DNA of 63,710 nt from the NCBI RefSeq assembly GCF_001194135.2, contig NC_068996.1, positions 23,959,863 through 24,023,572 on the forward strand, written 5' to 3'. The stretch's first letter is position 1. Each line of letters opens with the position of its first letter. The stretch is from Octopus bimaculoides. Taxonomy: Eukaryota. The translations under genes were made by a program, and so were the position numbers. Positions 24,307-37,523 of the stretch are shown piece by piece. The notes under the pieces are model-generated. The model worked only from the letters and a program-made list of their open reading frames with translations. It was not told the DNA's origin and searched no databases.

Positions 24307-24322
24307 CTCAGATGAATATAAG
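24307..24322 (-). CDS. Candidate 16-nt microexon
   Basis: tttagttttcag|CTTATATTCATCTGAG|gtaatg; two phases are open. Confidence 0.25.
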
Positions 24323-24499
24323 CTGAAAACTAAATACATATATATATATATATATATATATAGACAGATAGATTAAACTTACTTGGAAAAGGATGCGTGG
24401 CATTCAAATCATATAATAATATAAATAATATATAAATATATGCATATATCCATACATATATGTACATACCTACATATATATGTATATATATATATATAT

Positions 24500-24690
24500 G
24501 CATGTATGGGTACAGGACATTAAAAAGAGACGTTGAACACAATGAGAAACGAAAACATAAAAACAAAAACATAGAAAACGAACTTTTTTTTGAACAACGA
24601 AAAAAAACAAACAGACAAACGAAACATGTAACATGGAGAGTATACCCCTTCATCAGTTGTCCCTGTTTCAACTACTTAGCGTTTCGAAAT
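24500..24690 (-). mobile_element. Penelope-like terminal remnant
   Basis: CTGATGAAGGGG on the minus strand and CGAAACATGTA on the plus strand, between microsatellites. A related A-rich block lies at 5430-5560. Confidence 0.45.
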
Positions 24691-26439
24691 GTACATATAT
24701 GTATAGATATATGCATATATTTATATATTATTTATATTATATTATATTATATATATATATAACAAACTCAGCAAATAATGTTCATGCTTATATCACTCAA
24801 ACTTGGTCAATGCCTAAATTCGAAACTTAACTTTTTCATAGCTATACACACAAATATACAGAAGCCACTCATTGTGACTAGTTTGATGTGTGTGTGTGTG
24901 TGAATTTATGAGTGTGTGTGTATGTCTGTATGTGCACTTTTATGTATTCATGTTTATGTCAGTATTTATTGATGTATGTGTATCATGCCGATGTCTATAT
25001 AAATACATGTTTGTTGTACATGTATTGTTTTATGCTCCTGCATAGGTATGAAGAATTTATACAGGACTCCATGTGCATTTATATATGTTTATTGATGCAA
25101 GTGTATGTGCATGTGTATGTTTATCATTACCACCACCACCACCACCACCATCATCATTATTATACCCTCACTTTCCACATTGGCATGGGTTGGACAGTTC
25201 AATACTGCACCCTTAGACCTGAAGGCTGGCTACATTTGGCTACATTATGTATATTTGCATATGCATTTATATGACAAAGTTGTACACAAACTGAATTTTC
25301 TTCCTCAGAATAACTTGCTAACATATTTTTCTCCCCTGTTAAAAAAAAAAAAAAAAAAAAAAATCCAGCTAGCTACCTGCCAAGAGAAATTTCCAGGTTG
25401 TTTCATTTTCTATAATAAATATACTGCTTATCCAACCATCCATTGTCTTTTAAAATTTTTTTCTAATACTTATTCAAATTATTTAACATTAGTGCTTGTG
25501 GTGGTGGTGGTAGTGGTTGGGCACTAGTATTATGCTAATTACCTCCCTTCCCCTCTAACTCTCTCAACACCTCCATAACAATGCTCTGTATTAATACTTA
25601 TTTCTTGTCTACTCCAGCATATATTTTTTTCTAAGAACCAGTTCATCTTTCTCTCTCTCAGGAATCATCATCATCCTTATCATCGTCATTTGACATCCTC
25701 CTTCCATGCTGGCATGGATTGGATACATTCACAGGAGCTGGCCAGGCAGAAGCCTGCACCATCCTTCTGTGTCTGTTTTGGCGTGATTTTACAGCTGGAT
25801 GCCCTTCCTAACACCAACCATCCCGCAGATTTTGAAATATTTTCCCTCCACTAATCAGGACACCATGTTATGTGATTTTGTTTGACTCTTGTTTATGGCT
25901 GTTTTCCTTTCCTTGCAGTCTCATCCCTTTGGTTTATTGCCTAGGTGAATCATTTGTGTGTGTATATATATATGTGTGTGTGTGTGTATCTTTCACCTGT
26001 TTCAGTCATTGGATTGTGACCATGCTGAGACAACATCCTCAAACAGTTTACTCAAACAAATTGCCATCAATACTTATTCTATTATTTTCTTTTGCCAAAC
26101 TGCTAAGTTACAGGCATATAAACAAACATCAGTTGCTAAGCAGTGAGGTGGGGTGGGGGGAAATAAACACAGACACAATAACACACACATGATGAGCTTC
26201 CACTTAGTTTCCACCTACCAAAACCATTTACAATGCTTTGCTTGACCCAGAGCTATGGTAAAAAACACTTGCCCAAGGTGCCTCATAGTGGGACTCAACT
26301 GGCTAACCATGGAGTCATGCCTACACATACATACTCGCATGTATGTATGTGTATATAACACATGTGATATACATGTGTTTCTAGTAGCCATGCAAGATAA
26401 CCATCACATAATATTGTCTTCTTCAACTGACACTTCAAA

Positions 26440-27040
26440 ATATAGTGAATAAAAGTTTGCCCACACATACACATACATTATTTCTTCAAGTTCTTGGAAG
26501 AGTCACCAGAAGTAGGGGATAGCTTTTGTTACCTACATGAAGCCTAATTAGCAATAGAAGTATCCTGAAAATATAGTAGTCTCAATAAGAACAGAGAAAA
26601 AAACAAGTAGTGAGAAATTGGTAGACAGACAGATTGTATGATGCTTGCGCACAAAATGTAATGCTGTATGGTAATTTTAAACCTTAAGTATGGAAGATCT
26701 GCAGCAACTAGAAAGAAACAAAGCAAACGTCCTCTGCAGAATGAGTTTGCATAAACAATGGAGCAGAAATGAGCTGAGGGAAAAAAAAACTGAATATAAA
26801 TGAATCAGATATGGTGTGCAAGAGAGAAGATATTGTGATGTAGACATCTAATGTGTGTGGAGGATGTAGATTTTATAAAGTGCCAAGTGCTTGAAGTGGT
26901 TGGAATCCGAAGAGGAATATCTAAGAGGATTGAGCACAAAATAGTGAAGACTGATCACAACAAGCTAAAAACAACAAAGAGGATGACAAATAATTTCAAT
27001 GTCTGGCAAGATGTGGTACCAGAGAAAGTTTGTTTACTAA
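26440..27040 (+). mobile_element. RTE-clade LINE 3' fragment, decayed
   Basis: Broken peptide resembling GRLYDACV...MLYG...EDLQQLERN, homologous to 43000-43230. Confidence 0.7.
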
Positions 27041-28154
27041 TGTAAGCATGGCAAAACAGTCATTAGAATGATGGTGATGATTGAGGTTGGGATATATGAG
27101 TATATCAACATTGGTATTCTTGACCATTCTTTTCCTGTTAAATTGCCATGTACTACTCTTTGTTACCTTTTCTATTTCACTGTACCATTCTGGCTTCATA
27201 ATAAAAAAAAAAAACAACAGCATCTGATCACTGTGCATTTGATCTTTTGTCACCTTCATCACTTCCTCTCACTATCACACAACCTTATCACTTCACTTCC
27301 ATCACAATGCCTGTGCAACAAGGAATGGAATTCAGTTTCGCTGAAATGCAGTATCCTTTATTGTTACTCTATGGTACTGCTTCTCATTTCTCTCTCTTTA
27401 AACCAACGTGACTTCTCATTCTGATTTACCACTCTCACATCTCAACCCCGTTACTATTCATCACCCACTCTCTCTAACCAATAATCAAGGCGTAGCCATT
27501 ACTGGCTCTCTTCCATTACTCTCTCTCCTGTCATCTACTCACTGTTCCTTCCATCATACTCATATTTTCACTTCCATTCACTATGTTGGTGATGTCTACC
27601 TTGAAAGAATAGCAACAATGTAGAGTAAAGAAGATTCTTTGGTCTTGCAGGTGACAAGATAACCTCTCCTGTGCTGGTGTCACAAAAAGTTAAATACACC
27701 AAGTACAATTGGTAAAGTGGTTGGCGACAAACAGATAACCTAGGGTAGAGATGATCCTTTAGTCTTGCAAGGGACAAGACAACCTCTCTGGTGTTGTAAA
27801 TTGGTTAGTGTTAGAAAAGGCTTCCAAGCTTCCAATCATAGAAATTATGCTAAATATGAAATGTGTGAATAGGATTGATCCTTTGATATAATAACTCAAA
27901 ATAAGAATTGGTATGTGCACATTATATGTGTGTGTGTGTGTGTGTGTATGTGTGTATGATACATGCACATATATATATATATATATCATCATCATCGTCG
28001 TTTAGCATGGAAAGCGGACGTTAAACGATGACGATGACAATGATATATATATATATATATATATATATAGTTTTTAGCAGGTTAGCTTTGAAAGTTGCAT
28101 TCCCTCGCGATCGGTAAAAATGTGCTTATTTTGGTAAATGCCCTTATATAAATT

Positions 28155-28220
<66 letters not shown>

Positions 28221-28666
28221 CATGCATACATACATATACCCATACATACATATACACATACACACAGACACACAAACACATGCATGAATGTGAGTTTGGT
28301 AATCCTTGTCTTAATATTGCAAGATATTCATAAATGAATAGTAACTGTCAAAGAAGCAGTATCGTTAATTTCTAATCTTCCATGAAAAGCACGTCTTACC
28401 ACGGAGAGATATTATTACCATCCAGCCATAGAAAATCTACCTCAACAAACTCCATCTGACTTGAGCAAGCATGGAAAAGCAGATGTTAAGAAACAAAGTT
28501 GATGATGATGATGATGTGTCTATGTTAGAAATCAGCATGATCATGATGATCGTTATTAGTAATTGCTTACTTAGCAAAATTTACTCTCAAGATCCCTGGG
28601 AAGTAAGAAACTTTCTAGGTACCAGCATCATGAGTGAAATATAGAAAATCACAATATAATAACAAC

Positions 28667-28899
28667 AGGCGGTGAGCTGGCAGAAACGTTAGCAGGCCGG
28701 GCGAAATGCTTAGCGGTATTTCGTCTGCCGCTACGCTCTGAGTTCAAATTCCGCCGAGGTCGACTTTGTCTTTCATCCTTTCGGGGTCAATAAATTAAGT
28801 ACCAGTTACGTACTGGGGTCGATGTAATCATCTTAATCCCTTTGTCTGTTCTTGTTTGTCCCCTCTATGTTTAGCCCTTTGTGGGCAATAAAGAAATAA
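28667..28899 (+). mobile_element. tRNA-derived SINE family D (young)
   Basis: GGCGGTGAGCTGGCAGAA head, GAGTTCAAATTCCGCC B-box, flanking direct repeat ATAACAACAG. Confidence 0.85.
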
Positions 28900-29004
28900 A
28901 TAACAACAGCAACAAAGATGAAACAACAATAGTAAACCATTAAAGCAGTGCAGGCTATTTAGAAATATCAAGCAAAAGAGCTTTTAACTGATATCTTAAA
29001 CAAG

Positions 29005-29035
<31 letters not shown>

Positions 29036-29218
29036 AAATTATGCTGGACATTGTGTAGATATACAAATAGGCAGGATGGTCAGTGGGAATAATGGCTTTA
29101 ATCATTATACCTGTGGCTAAATAACAACAATAACATCAATTTTCTAAAGAGAAATTTTGAAATTTATCTAAATGATATATTTGAAATACTAGCAGTAAGA
29201 AAACTGACAGTGAAGTAA

Positions 29219-29390
29219 GTGGTAGTGGTGGTAGTAGTGGTAAGTGGTGGCAGAGGTAGTAGTAAGAGTAGTAGTGCCAGTAGTAATAGTGGCAGTGGTC
29301 GTGGTGGTGATAGTAATAATACTAGTGTACACGTTTGTAGTAGTAGTAGTAGTAGTAGTCGTAGTAGTCGTAGTAGTAGTAGTAGTAACA
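29219..29390. repeat. Compound (GTA)/(GTG) trinucleotide repeat
   Basis: Seen directly; it explains the poly-Ser and poly-Leu ORFs at 29164-29521. Confidence 0.9.
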
Positions 29391-29658
29391 GTACAATAGT
29401 ATCAAAGAAGGTACATACACACACACTTACACACTGTGAGAAAAAGTTAAATCTTCTATCGTGGTTCTTTTCGTCCCCCACCCCTTCGTCACAAAGTTAT
29501 TTATGTCATTCAAATAAATAGATAAATAAATACATGTACAGGTGTAATAATTTTATTCCGGCAACCCCTCACCTTAGCTGGACTGAGTTTATTCTTATTT
29601 CTTTACAGGTGAGAGAAGAAAACAAGTAAAATAACAGCGACAACATTACTATTATTAT

Positions 29659-29662
<4 letters not shown>

Positions 29663-29727
<65 letters not shown>
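29663..29727. repeat. (AAT)n microsatellite abutting a minus-strand SINE D (to ~29940)
   Basis: Seen directly. Confidence 0.95.
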
Positions 29728-29728
<1 letters not shown>

Positions 29729-30081
29729 CCTTTCTACTAAAGGCACAAGGCTTGAAATTTCTGAGGGGGGGTAGTCAATTACAACGACCCAGTACTTGAA
29801 TGGTACTTATTTTATTGACCCAGAAAGAATGAAAGACAAAGTGAACCGCAGCAGTATTTGAACTCAAAAAGTAAAGATGGAAGAAATGTCACTAAATATT
29901 TTGTCTGATGTGCTAATGATTCTGCCAGCACGGTGCTTAATAATAATAGCAATAATAATAAAATCAAAAAACAGTGGTTCAATCACCAGAGTTGCTTGTT
30001 ATGGTGATTCACTGTGAGAGAGAGAGAGAGAGAGAGAGACCAATAGACAAATTTTAAACAGTTAAACAGAGAGAGGTAAAG

Positions 30082-30136
<55 letters not shown>

Positions 30137-30156
30137 CAGATAGATAGATAGATAGA
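30082..30156. repeat. (GATA)n microsatellite
   Basis: Seen directly. Confidence 0.95.
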
Positions 30157-31532
30157 CACAGACAGACAAAGATAGACACTAAAGAAAGGCTAAGAGGGAT
30201 AGAGTGTGTGGTAAGGAGTGAGAGTGAAAAGAACAAGAAAAAAAATGAGTCACAGAGAAAGAGAGGTGATATGAAAGAAGGACAGGCACAGGGCACACAC
30301 ATTCACACAAGTAAATGTGTTTGTACATTGCTGTGTGTGTGTGTGTGTGTCTGTGTGTGAGAAGAGAGATGATATAAAGGACATAAAGAGACCAGTTTAA
30401 ATTGTAAGCTTGCTTGCACACCCACACACCCATATAAACACATACATAAGCTATTGTAGTGTTCAGCTTAAAAAAAGAAAAAGAAAAAAAGAAAAAAGTA
30501 GTGTAATCTTAAGACACTTTTTTTTTTCCTTTTATAAATGATTTTTTTTTTTTTTTTTTACTTTATTCAATTCTGCCCACTCCACTTCATTATTCCAGCT
30601 AATTGAGTTCAATGTATGTGTATACCTTTACAAATACTTACACAATACACTTTTATTTATTTATTTACTGGATATTTTTTTTTTTACCTGTTTTATTGAT
30701 TCTATTTTATCTTTTTTTACATTTACAGAGCATTTTAACTTACGAATACAAAATATATTTTTTTAAATCTTGTCACATTTTTTTTTTGTTATATTTGAAA
30801 GTTTTTTTCTTTCTTTACTCTTTATGTCCCCTTACTGTCATATATATGCATATGCAAGTATGTAAATATAAAATGCACACACACACACACACACACACAC
30901 AATTTTTTTTTTGCTGATTTGGTGTGGCTTTACAAATCAGAAATTTGTAGTATCAGCATAGATATGTTAAGGTGTAGTTTACTACACATGAGTTACCTTT
31001 TACAATAATATGACACAAAACTACATAAACATGTATGTGTGTGCATGTCTGTCTCTATACATACAGACATAGAAATCATCAAATCATCTTAACATTCACT
31101 TTTTCATGCTTGCATGAGTCAGACAGAATTCGTTGAAGCAGATCTTCTAGGTCAGATGCCCTTCCTGTCACCAATCCCCACCTGTTGTTTTCAAGCAAGG
31201 TAATAAACATTTCCCCATATACAGACATGTTTTTCAAGGAAAACTGGAAATGAATGACATTACTTAGTATAACAGTGATTGCCTGTGTATAATTATTGTG
31301 CAATACCAAGACAAGGGAAGGTGTTGAGTAGGCAGAATAGTTAGCACACCGGGCAAACTACTTAGCAGCATTTACATTCTAAGTTCGACTTTGCCTTTCA
31401 TCCTTGTAGGGTCAATAATATAAGTACCAGTTGAGCACTGGGGACCAATGTAATTGACTTACCTTCTCTTCCAAATTTGCTGGCCTTGTGCCAAAATTTG
31501 AAATCAATATGAAAACAAGGAGACACATGCAT

Positions 31533-31567
<35 letters not shown>

Positions 31568-31570
<3 letters not shown>

Positions 31571-31784
31571 GAGTGCTGAAAAGTTCTTGGTTTTGTGGTT
31601 AAAGAAATACAGGAGGATCAGTTAATTATGATTTTATTCACCATTTTTCCCTCTCAGATTCACATACTTATTGTAGTAGTCTTTCAGTTTTTTAAAGCCC
31701 TGTAAAAGAACTCAGAAGGTTGAACCTCCAACCAGGCCTTTCACAAAACCCTTAAAGGCAGAAATTTTTCATCACTCCCTTATA
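31568..31784. mobile_element. Mariner-type MITE
   Basis: Imperfect TIRs TATGAGTGCTGAAAAGTTC ... GAAATTTTTCATCACTCCCTTATA in a TA context. Confidence 0.6.
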
Positions 31785-32559
31785 CGTTATATGACAAGAA
31801 AAAGGGTTGCTTGATCCACTAACGAGTGTTTCTGATCCATTGAAGACCTAGTAAAACAATGGTCTGACAGTCATAAGAATAACGAAGGGCTTTTCTAAGT
31901 GATTCAAACCATTTTTAAGGGTTTCTTTTGTAAAGTATCCTTTTCTCTATCTCTTACTTCTTCTTTCCTTTTCTACTGGGGTAGTGGAGTATCTCCTCTT
32001 ATAGTAAGATACCTATCTCTATCCCTTTATTATACTTTAACCTCTCAACTAGCACAAAACCACTTCCTTCAGTACCACTTCTCCCAGGCAAGGGATCTTT
32101 GTCTTGTAAGTTACTTGGCAAGTCCACTTGTGTTGTAAAAGGCACCAGCGCTGTTGCTGCATAAAAAGCACCCTGTTTGGTCTGTAAAGTAGTTGGCTTT
32201 AGGAAGGGCATCCAGCCATAGAAACCATGCCAAAGCAAGCTGGTGCAATTCTCTGGCTTGCCAGCTGCTGTCAAACTCTCCAACTCATGCCAATATGGAA
32301 AACAAATGTTAAATGATGATGATGATTATGCTGATGTTCAGTAAGGTCAGCTAACCTAGTCTCTTTCTATCAACCCATTCTTTTCCTACACACCTTCAAA
32401 GCCTTGAAACAATATCTTAGAAGAAATGTAGGCAATTCAAACAGTTCTATTTATGGGATTTGCTAATTAACTTCAAAGTATATTTGAAAATGGGGTGGTT
32501 GGGTGGTGAGGAGTTTAGGACAAAAAGTTTGAATGTGATTTTATGGAAAGACAAAATTC

Positions 32560-33110
32560 AGTAGAAAGTAGTATTCCCAGAAGTGATTATGAGTGATTAC
32601 CAAAATTGGGCCACATAATCTCTGGATGCAGATGAATGGCAGCAAAGACATGACAGGAACACGACAGCTCAGTACATACATTGGTCAATATGCTGCACAC
32701 ATGCACAAACCACCACAAGTTGCCCAGAATTATGAAGTTACCATCTTTTGGAATTTCAGTGTTCAGACTGATTGAGAAATAAATAACTGACCAGATATTA
32801 CAAACAAACTGTGTTGAAAACTTGTCTTTTGAGTGATTTTGCAACCCCAACAGACTAAAACACATTTCTGAAAACACTTGAGAAAACTGAGCAAATATAA
32901 AGACTCAGAGACAGAAATCAGAAGAATGTGGCATCTCAAAGCAACAACATTTTATTGGGGCATTTGGAATGATATCAAAAGGAGCAAACAAACATGTAGA
33001 TGAAATTCCTGGCAGCCCCAAAATATGTGAATTGTAAAAGATCATACTTATGGGTACTTTACATGTTTTATATAAATTCCTCTCTATTTAAATGCAACCT
33101 TGCTCATTCA
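32560..33110 (+). mobile_element. Non-LTR retrotransposon relic with a restriction-like endonuclease C-terminus (R2/R4/NeSL-like)
   Basis: Broken peptides: HIISGC, RHD..AQYIHWSIC, KPPQVAQNYEVTIFWNFSVQTD, EKLSKYKD, IIGAFGMISKG. Confidence 0.75.
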
Positions 33111-34342
33111 GTGTTACTATGAATTTTACAAAGAGATATTTTTTTCACTGACAACAGTTTTTCAATTGCATGGCATCTATAGATGCAAAATCTTGTTGTC
33201 CCTTGAGAGATGGGTATAGTTTGTATAAATTGAAACAAAACCAAAACAACATAAGAATAATAATGGTTTCAGTAATTTCAGGGGAGAGAATAAAATCACA
33301 CTGACCACAGCACTTAACTGGTATTTAATTTTATTGACTCTGAAAGGATGAAAGGCAAAGTCAAAGTTGGGAGAATTTGAACTCAGAGCATAAAGACAGA
33401 TAAAATGCCACTAACACTTTCAAATTTTGGGCACCAGGCCAGCAAGTTCAGAGAAGATGACAAGTTGATTATGTTGACCAGAGTGCTCTCAGCTGGTACT
33501 TATTTTATTGAATCCGAAAGGATGAAAGGCAAAGTCAACCTCAGCAGAATTTGAACTCAGAACATAAAGACTATGAAATACCACTAAGCATTTTATCTGG
33601 CTTGCTAGCAAATCTGCCAGCTTGCCACCTTAAAGATGATGATGATGACGATGACGATGACGATGACCCTTCCTACTGAAGGCACAAGGCCTGAAATTTT
33701 TTGGGAGGGGATAATAAGAATAATAATAATAATAATAATAATCATATGTTGCAAAGATTGGTGCACTAAGAGGAAATAATGACTCATCTAGATACACACA
33801 CACACACACACACACGCTTGTATCATCTGTGAATAGAGTATAAACTGCTGCAAAGTGTGTCATCCCAACTGACCTTCCAACATCACTAATACAACCATAA
33901 TGAATGTGTTTACTGTCATTCATTATCATCACTTTTGACAGTAGATACAAAATGTCTTAAGATTTATGATCCTGCTGGAATTGACAAAAACTGGTCCTCA
34001 AAGTTATGTCATTAAAATTCATTCACATGTGTATGCGTGATTAAAGAAAAGAATCCATCAAAATCTCTAAGGGTGTGGGTTGAGCAGTAAATATAACGAC
34101 AACAGTCTTGAATTAATTGCTATCAGCTCTGTACATAAGCTTAAGGAGTTACTTCATAAAAGTATCAGGTAAATATGGTTAGTGAAAACCTTGTAGTTTT
34201 GGGTTCAGCTCCTAAAGAATACTGCATTGTGTATATAATACATAGTTATTGTATAGTGAGACTGAAGGCAGTGAGATGGTAGAATCATTAGTATGCTGGA
34301 CAAAATGCTTAGTGGCATTTCCTCTGTCTTTATGTTCTGAGT

Positions 34343-34734
34343 GTGGAGGCGCAATGGCCCAGTGGTTAGGACAGCGGACTCGCAGTCATAGGATTGCGGT
34401 TTCGATTCCCAGACCAGGCGTTGTGAGTGTTTATTGAGTGAAAACACCTAAAAAGCTCCACGAGGCTCTGGCAGGGGATGGTGGCGAACCCTGCTGTACT
34501 CTTTCACCACAACTTTCTCTCACTCTTACTTCCTGTTTCTGTTGTGCCTGTAGTTCCAAGTGTCAGCCTTGTCACACTGTGTCATGCTGATTATCCCTGA
34601 GAACTACGTTAAGGGTACATGTGTCTGTGGAGTGCTCAGCCACTTGCATGTTAATTTCACGAGCAGGCTGTTCCGTTGATCGGATCAACTGGAACCCTCG
34701 ATGTCGTAAGTGATGGAGTGCCAACAAAAATACA
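34343..34734 (+). mobile_element. tRNA-derived SINE family C, inserted into an older SINE D
   Basis: Head GGAGGCGCAATGGCCCAGTGGTTAGG...GGTTTCGATTCC; 11-bp TSD ATGTTCTGAGT at 34332-34342 and 34735-34745. Confidence 0.9.
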
Positions 34735-35839
34735 ATGTTCTGAGTTCAAATTCCACTGAGGCCTTTCATCCCTTTCGGGTTTGATAAAGTAAGTACCAGT
34801 TGAGCACTGGGGTTGCTGGCCTTGTGCCAAAATTTAAAACCCATAAGTGTAGTGGGAGAAAACTCTGCCTCTATATCATTCATCTTGCTTCTTTAACAGA
34901 ATCAATATTGTATGTTGGGCTTTTTTTGATTTGGAAAATTTTAACTAGGATGTTAATAATTACTTAAGCTAACAAGAGTTATTTAGCCCTACATCATTCC
35001 TGATTGAGATGACCTAAGCCCAGATATTCCAATCCTGACTATCTTATCTTGTTTGGTATAATACATCTAGGATTACATTATCTAATGTGTCCATCCCTTA
35101 AAAACAAAAGAAGAAACTATGAGTTAATAATCAATAATGTCTATTCGGTCCTTCCTGTGAGTAGGGAGATTAATAAGAAAAAACATCTTTTATAATTATG
35201 TTCAGCAAGAACACAGTGAAGTGGTGCCAAATTTAAATGACTGTGTCAGAGATCACTGTTTCATTCAATTCCAGTCATCCCTGGTTGATCCTTGATCAAA
35301 GACATTCCAGTTTTTACCATCTTAGCTTATCATGGTTAGGCTGTTGGACTCACAACTGTAAGGACCAGGCAGCATGATATGTCCTTGAATAACACTCTCC
35401 ATTTCACACTTTTCCACTCCACTCAGTTGCAAATGCAAGCTGCCACTAGCCCTTGATGGCTACAGCATACTGGATGATGATGATGTCCTAAAAGTTTAAG
35501 ACAGCAGGTTATGATTTGAAAGAGATTCAGTTACTTTTACGAGCAAGCTGAGCAGCTATGTGAGAGATATTTCATTAATTAGCTTGTGTGTTTATCCACA
35601 CAAACATATATATATGTTTTTCTGGAGAAAAGGTAGTGCCCAAGAGCCTTGAGAGAAAGAGAGAGAGGAGACAGAGAAGTAGCCTCAAACCAGAGGACTT
35701 GTCCAAGTGCTTGCAAAAGAGTGCACTTCACTAAAGCCACTTAATATGTAACGTGATGGTGTTTAACAGGGTGGCAGTTTAGGTCTACCATCCATATACA
35801 GGCTGCAGTGGAAATTGAACTCCGAACACAAAGAGTTGC

Positions 35840-35876
<37 letters not shown>

Positions 35877-36153
35877 TATATTATTTTGTGTATCAGTAAA
35901 TACAAACATTAATACAACTGTAAGGGCCATCTCAATATTATCTACACACTCTAACAAGAACACTCAATCAACTTATCTTCAAATAACATTGCTGTTACTG
36001 TTGTTTTTGTTGTTGTATGACGGGAAGAGGAGGAGGAGGAGATAATGACTTCATTTCAGCACACACCCACTGCAATATCTAGGTAGAACAAACTACCAAA
36101 GCAGCTTCAATGTCAGCAAGAGATACCAGTCAAATCATTTCCCCCCCCCCCCC

Positions 36154-36305
36154 NNNNNNNNNNNNNNNNNNNNNNNNNNNNNNNNNNNNNNNNNNNNNNN
36201 NNNNNNNNNNNNNNNNNNNNNNNNNNNNNNNNNNNNNNNNNNNNNNNNNNNNNNNNNNNNNNNNNNNNNNNNNNNNNNNNNNNNNNNNNNNNNNNNNNNN
36301 NNNNN
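36154..36305. other. Assembly gap flanked by poly-C on both sides
   Basis: 152 N between C-runs. Confidence 0.95.
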
Positions 36306-37022
36306 CCCCCTCAGATCATATTCCTTACTAATTTTAAACCGCAATCATCATCACAACCCCCACCAGTCCAAGAAGGTACTGTCTATGTTCAAGACAAACT
36401 TGTCTGAAAACAGTCTGAAGCCTTTGATCAGAAACCTTATGGATTAGTGTGTAGACCTAGGGTTGAAGAACAATAACACTTGGATAAAAATGAAACATGT
36501 AGTCATTGATAATGTTAACTACTTGCAAGTGTGTGCATTCTGCTGGATAAGTTTAAGATGTTAGTCTAGATAATATAAGGTCAAACTTAGCTTTTCACAG
36601 TGCAATGTATTGTTTCATGAACAAAGATTTTTTTTGTTTTTCGATCTGTTCAGCATTTGCCATTCATCTTTTATTTTCTCCCCACCAATTCCAGTGAAAA
36701 AAAAAATGCGTGAGCAATACTATATACAGAGTGTTGCAACCTTTATCATTCACATTATCTTGTCAAAAGTAATGCCTATTTATTTATATTGTTTTGAATT
36801 AATCATGCATTTTCATGTGGCTTTGAGGTTTTGATGAGGGAAGTTGTTAAGTTTTAGAATGATATTAAAATCAACCACAATACTTTCAAACCATCAAACC
36901 AGTACTTATTTTATCGATTCTGGAAGGACCTATGATGAAGATGACCTCAGATCATAACTAAATACTGTAAGGCATTTTGTTTGCTGCACTGCTAATCCTG
37001 CCAATCCATTATCATAATGATC

Positions 37023-37080
37023 TCAATCAATATTCAGTTGGAGAAGTTTCCTACACAAAAATTTACTACACTCAGAACCA
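37023..37080 (-). CDS. Candidate terminal coding exon ((Y)GSECSKFLCRKLLQLNID*)
   Basis: cctttgatttcataacag acceptor; phase 2 fits the 37971 exon; TGA at 37023-37025. Confidence 0.35.
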
Positions 37081-37249
37081 CTGTTATGAAATCAAAGGCA
37101 CAAATGCAGAATACTGAACATCTAATTTATATTTAATTCATATTGATGTTCGACTTACTGATGTCACAAAAGTGCTGCTGTTGCTGCTGCTATTATTATT
37201 ATTAATATTATTATTATTATTATTATTATTATTATCATTATTATTATTA

Positions 37250-37475
37250 TTAAGGTGGTAAGCTGGCAGAATTGTTAGCAATACTGGGTAAAATGCTCGG
37301 CGGCATTTCGTCCATCTTTACATTCAGAGAGTTCAAATTCCACCAAGGTCAACTTTGCTTTTCATCCGGGGAAGGGGGGGGGGCTCAATAAAATAAAGTA
37401 CCAGTTGAATACCAAGATCGATGTAATCAACTCATCTCCCACAAAAATTTCTGCCCTTGTGGCAAAATTTGAAAC

Positions 37476-37523
<48 letters not shown>

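Noticed and set aside
29573-29612. Plus-strand poly-pyrimidine CAG|GTGAG (recursive splice site) and a minus-strand 28-nt exon NKNKLSPAK
   Set aside because: No plus-strand host gene is established. The minus exon has a weak AAG acceptor and gives TAA if joined to the 37971 exon.
34343-34420. tRNA-like sequences with A and B boxes
   Set aside because: These are SINE heads: no CCA or complete cloverleaf, and they continue into multicopy bodies with TSDs. No genuine tRNA gene was found.
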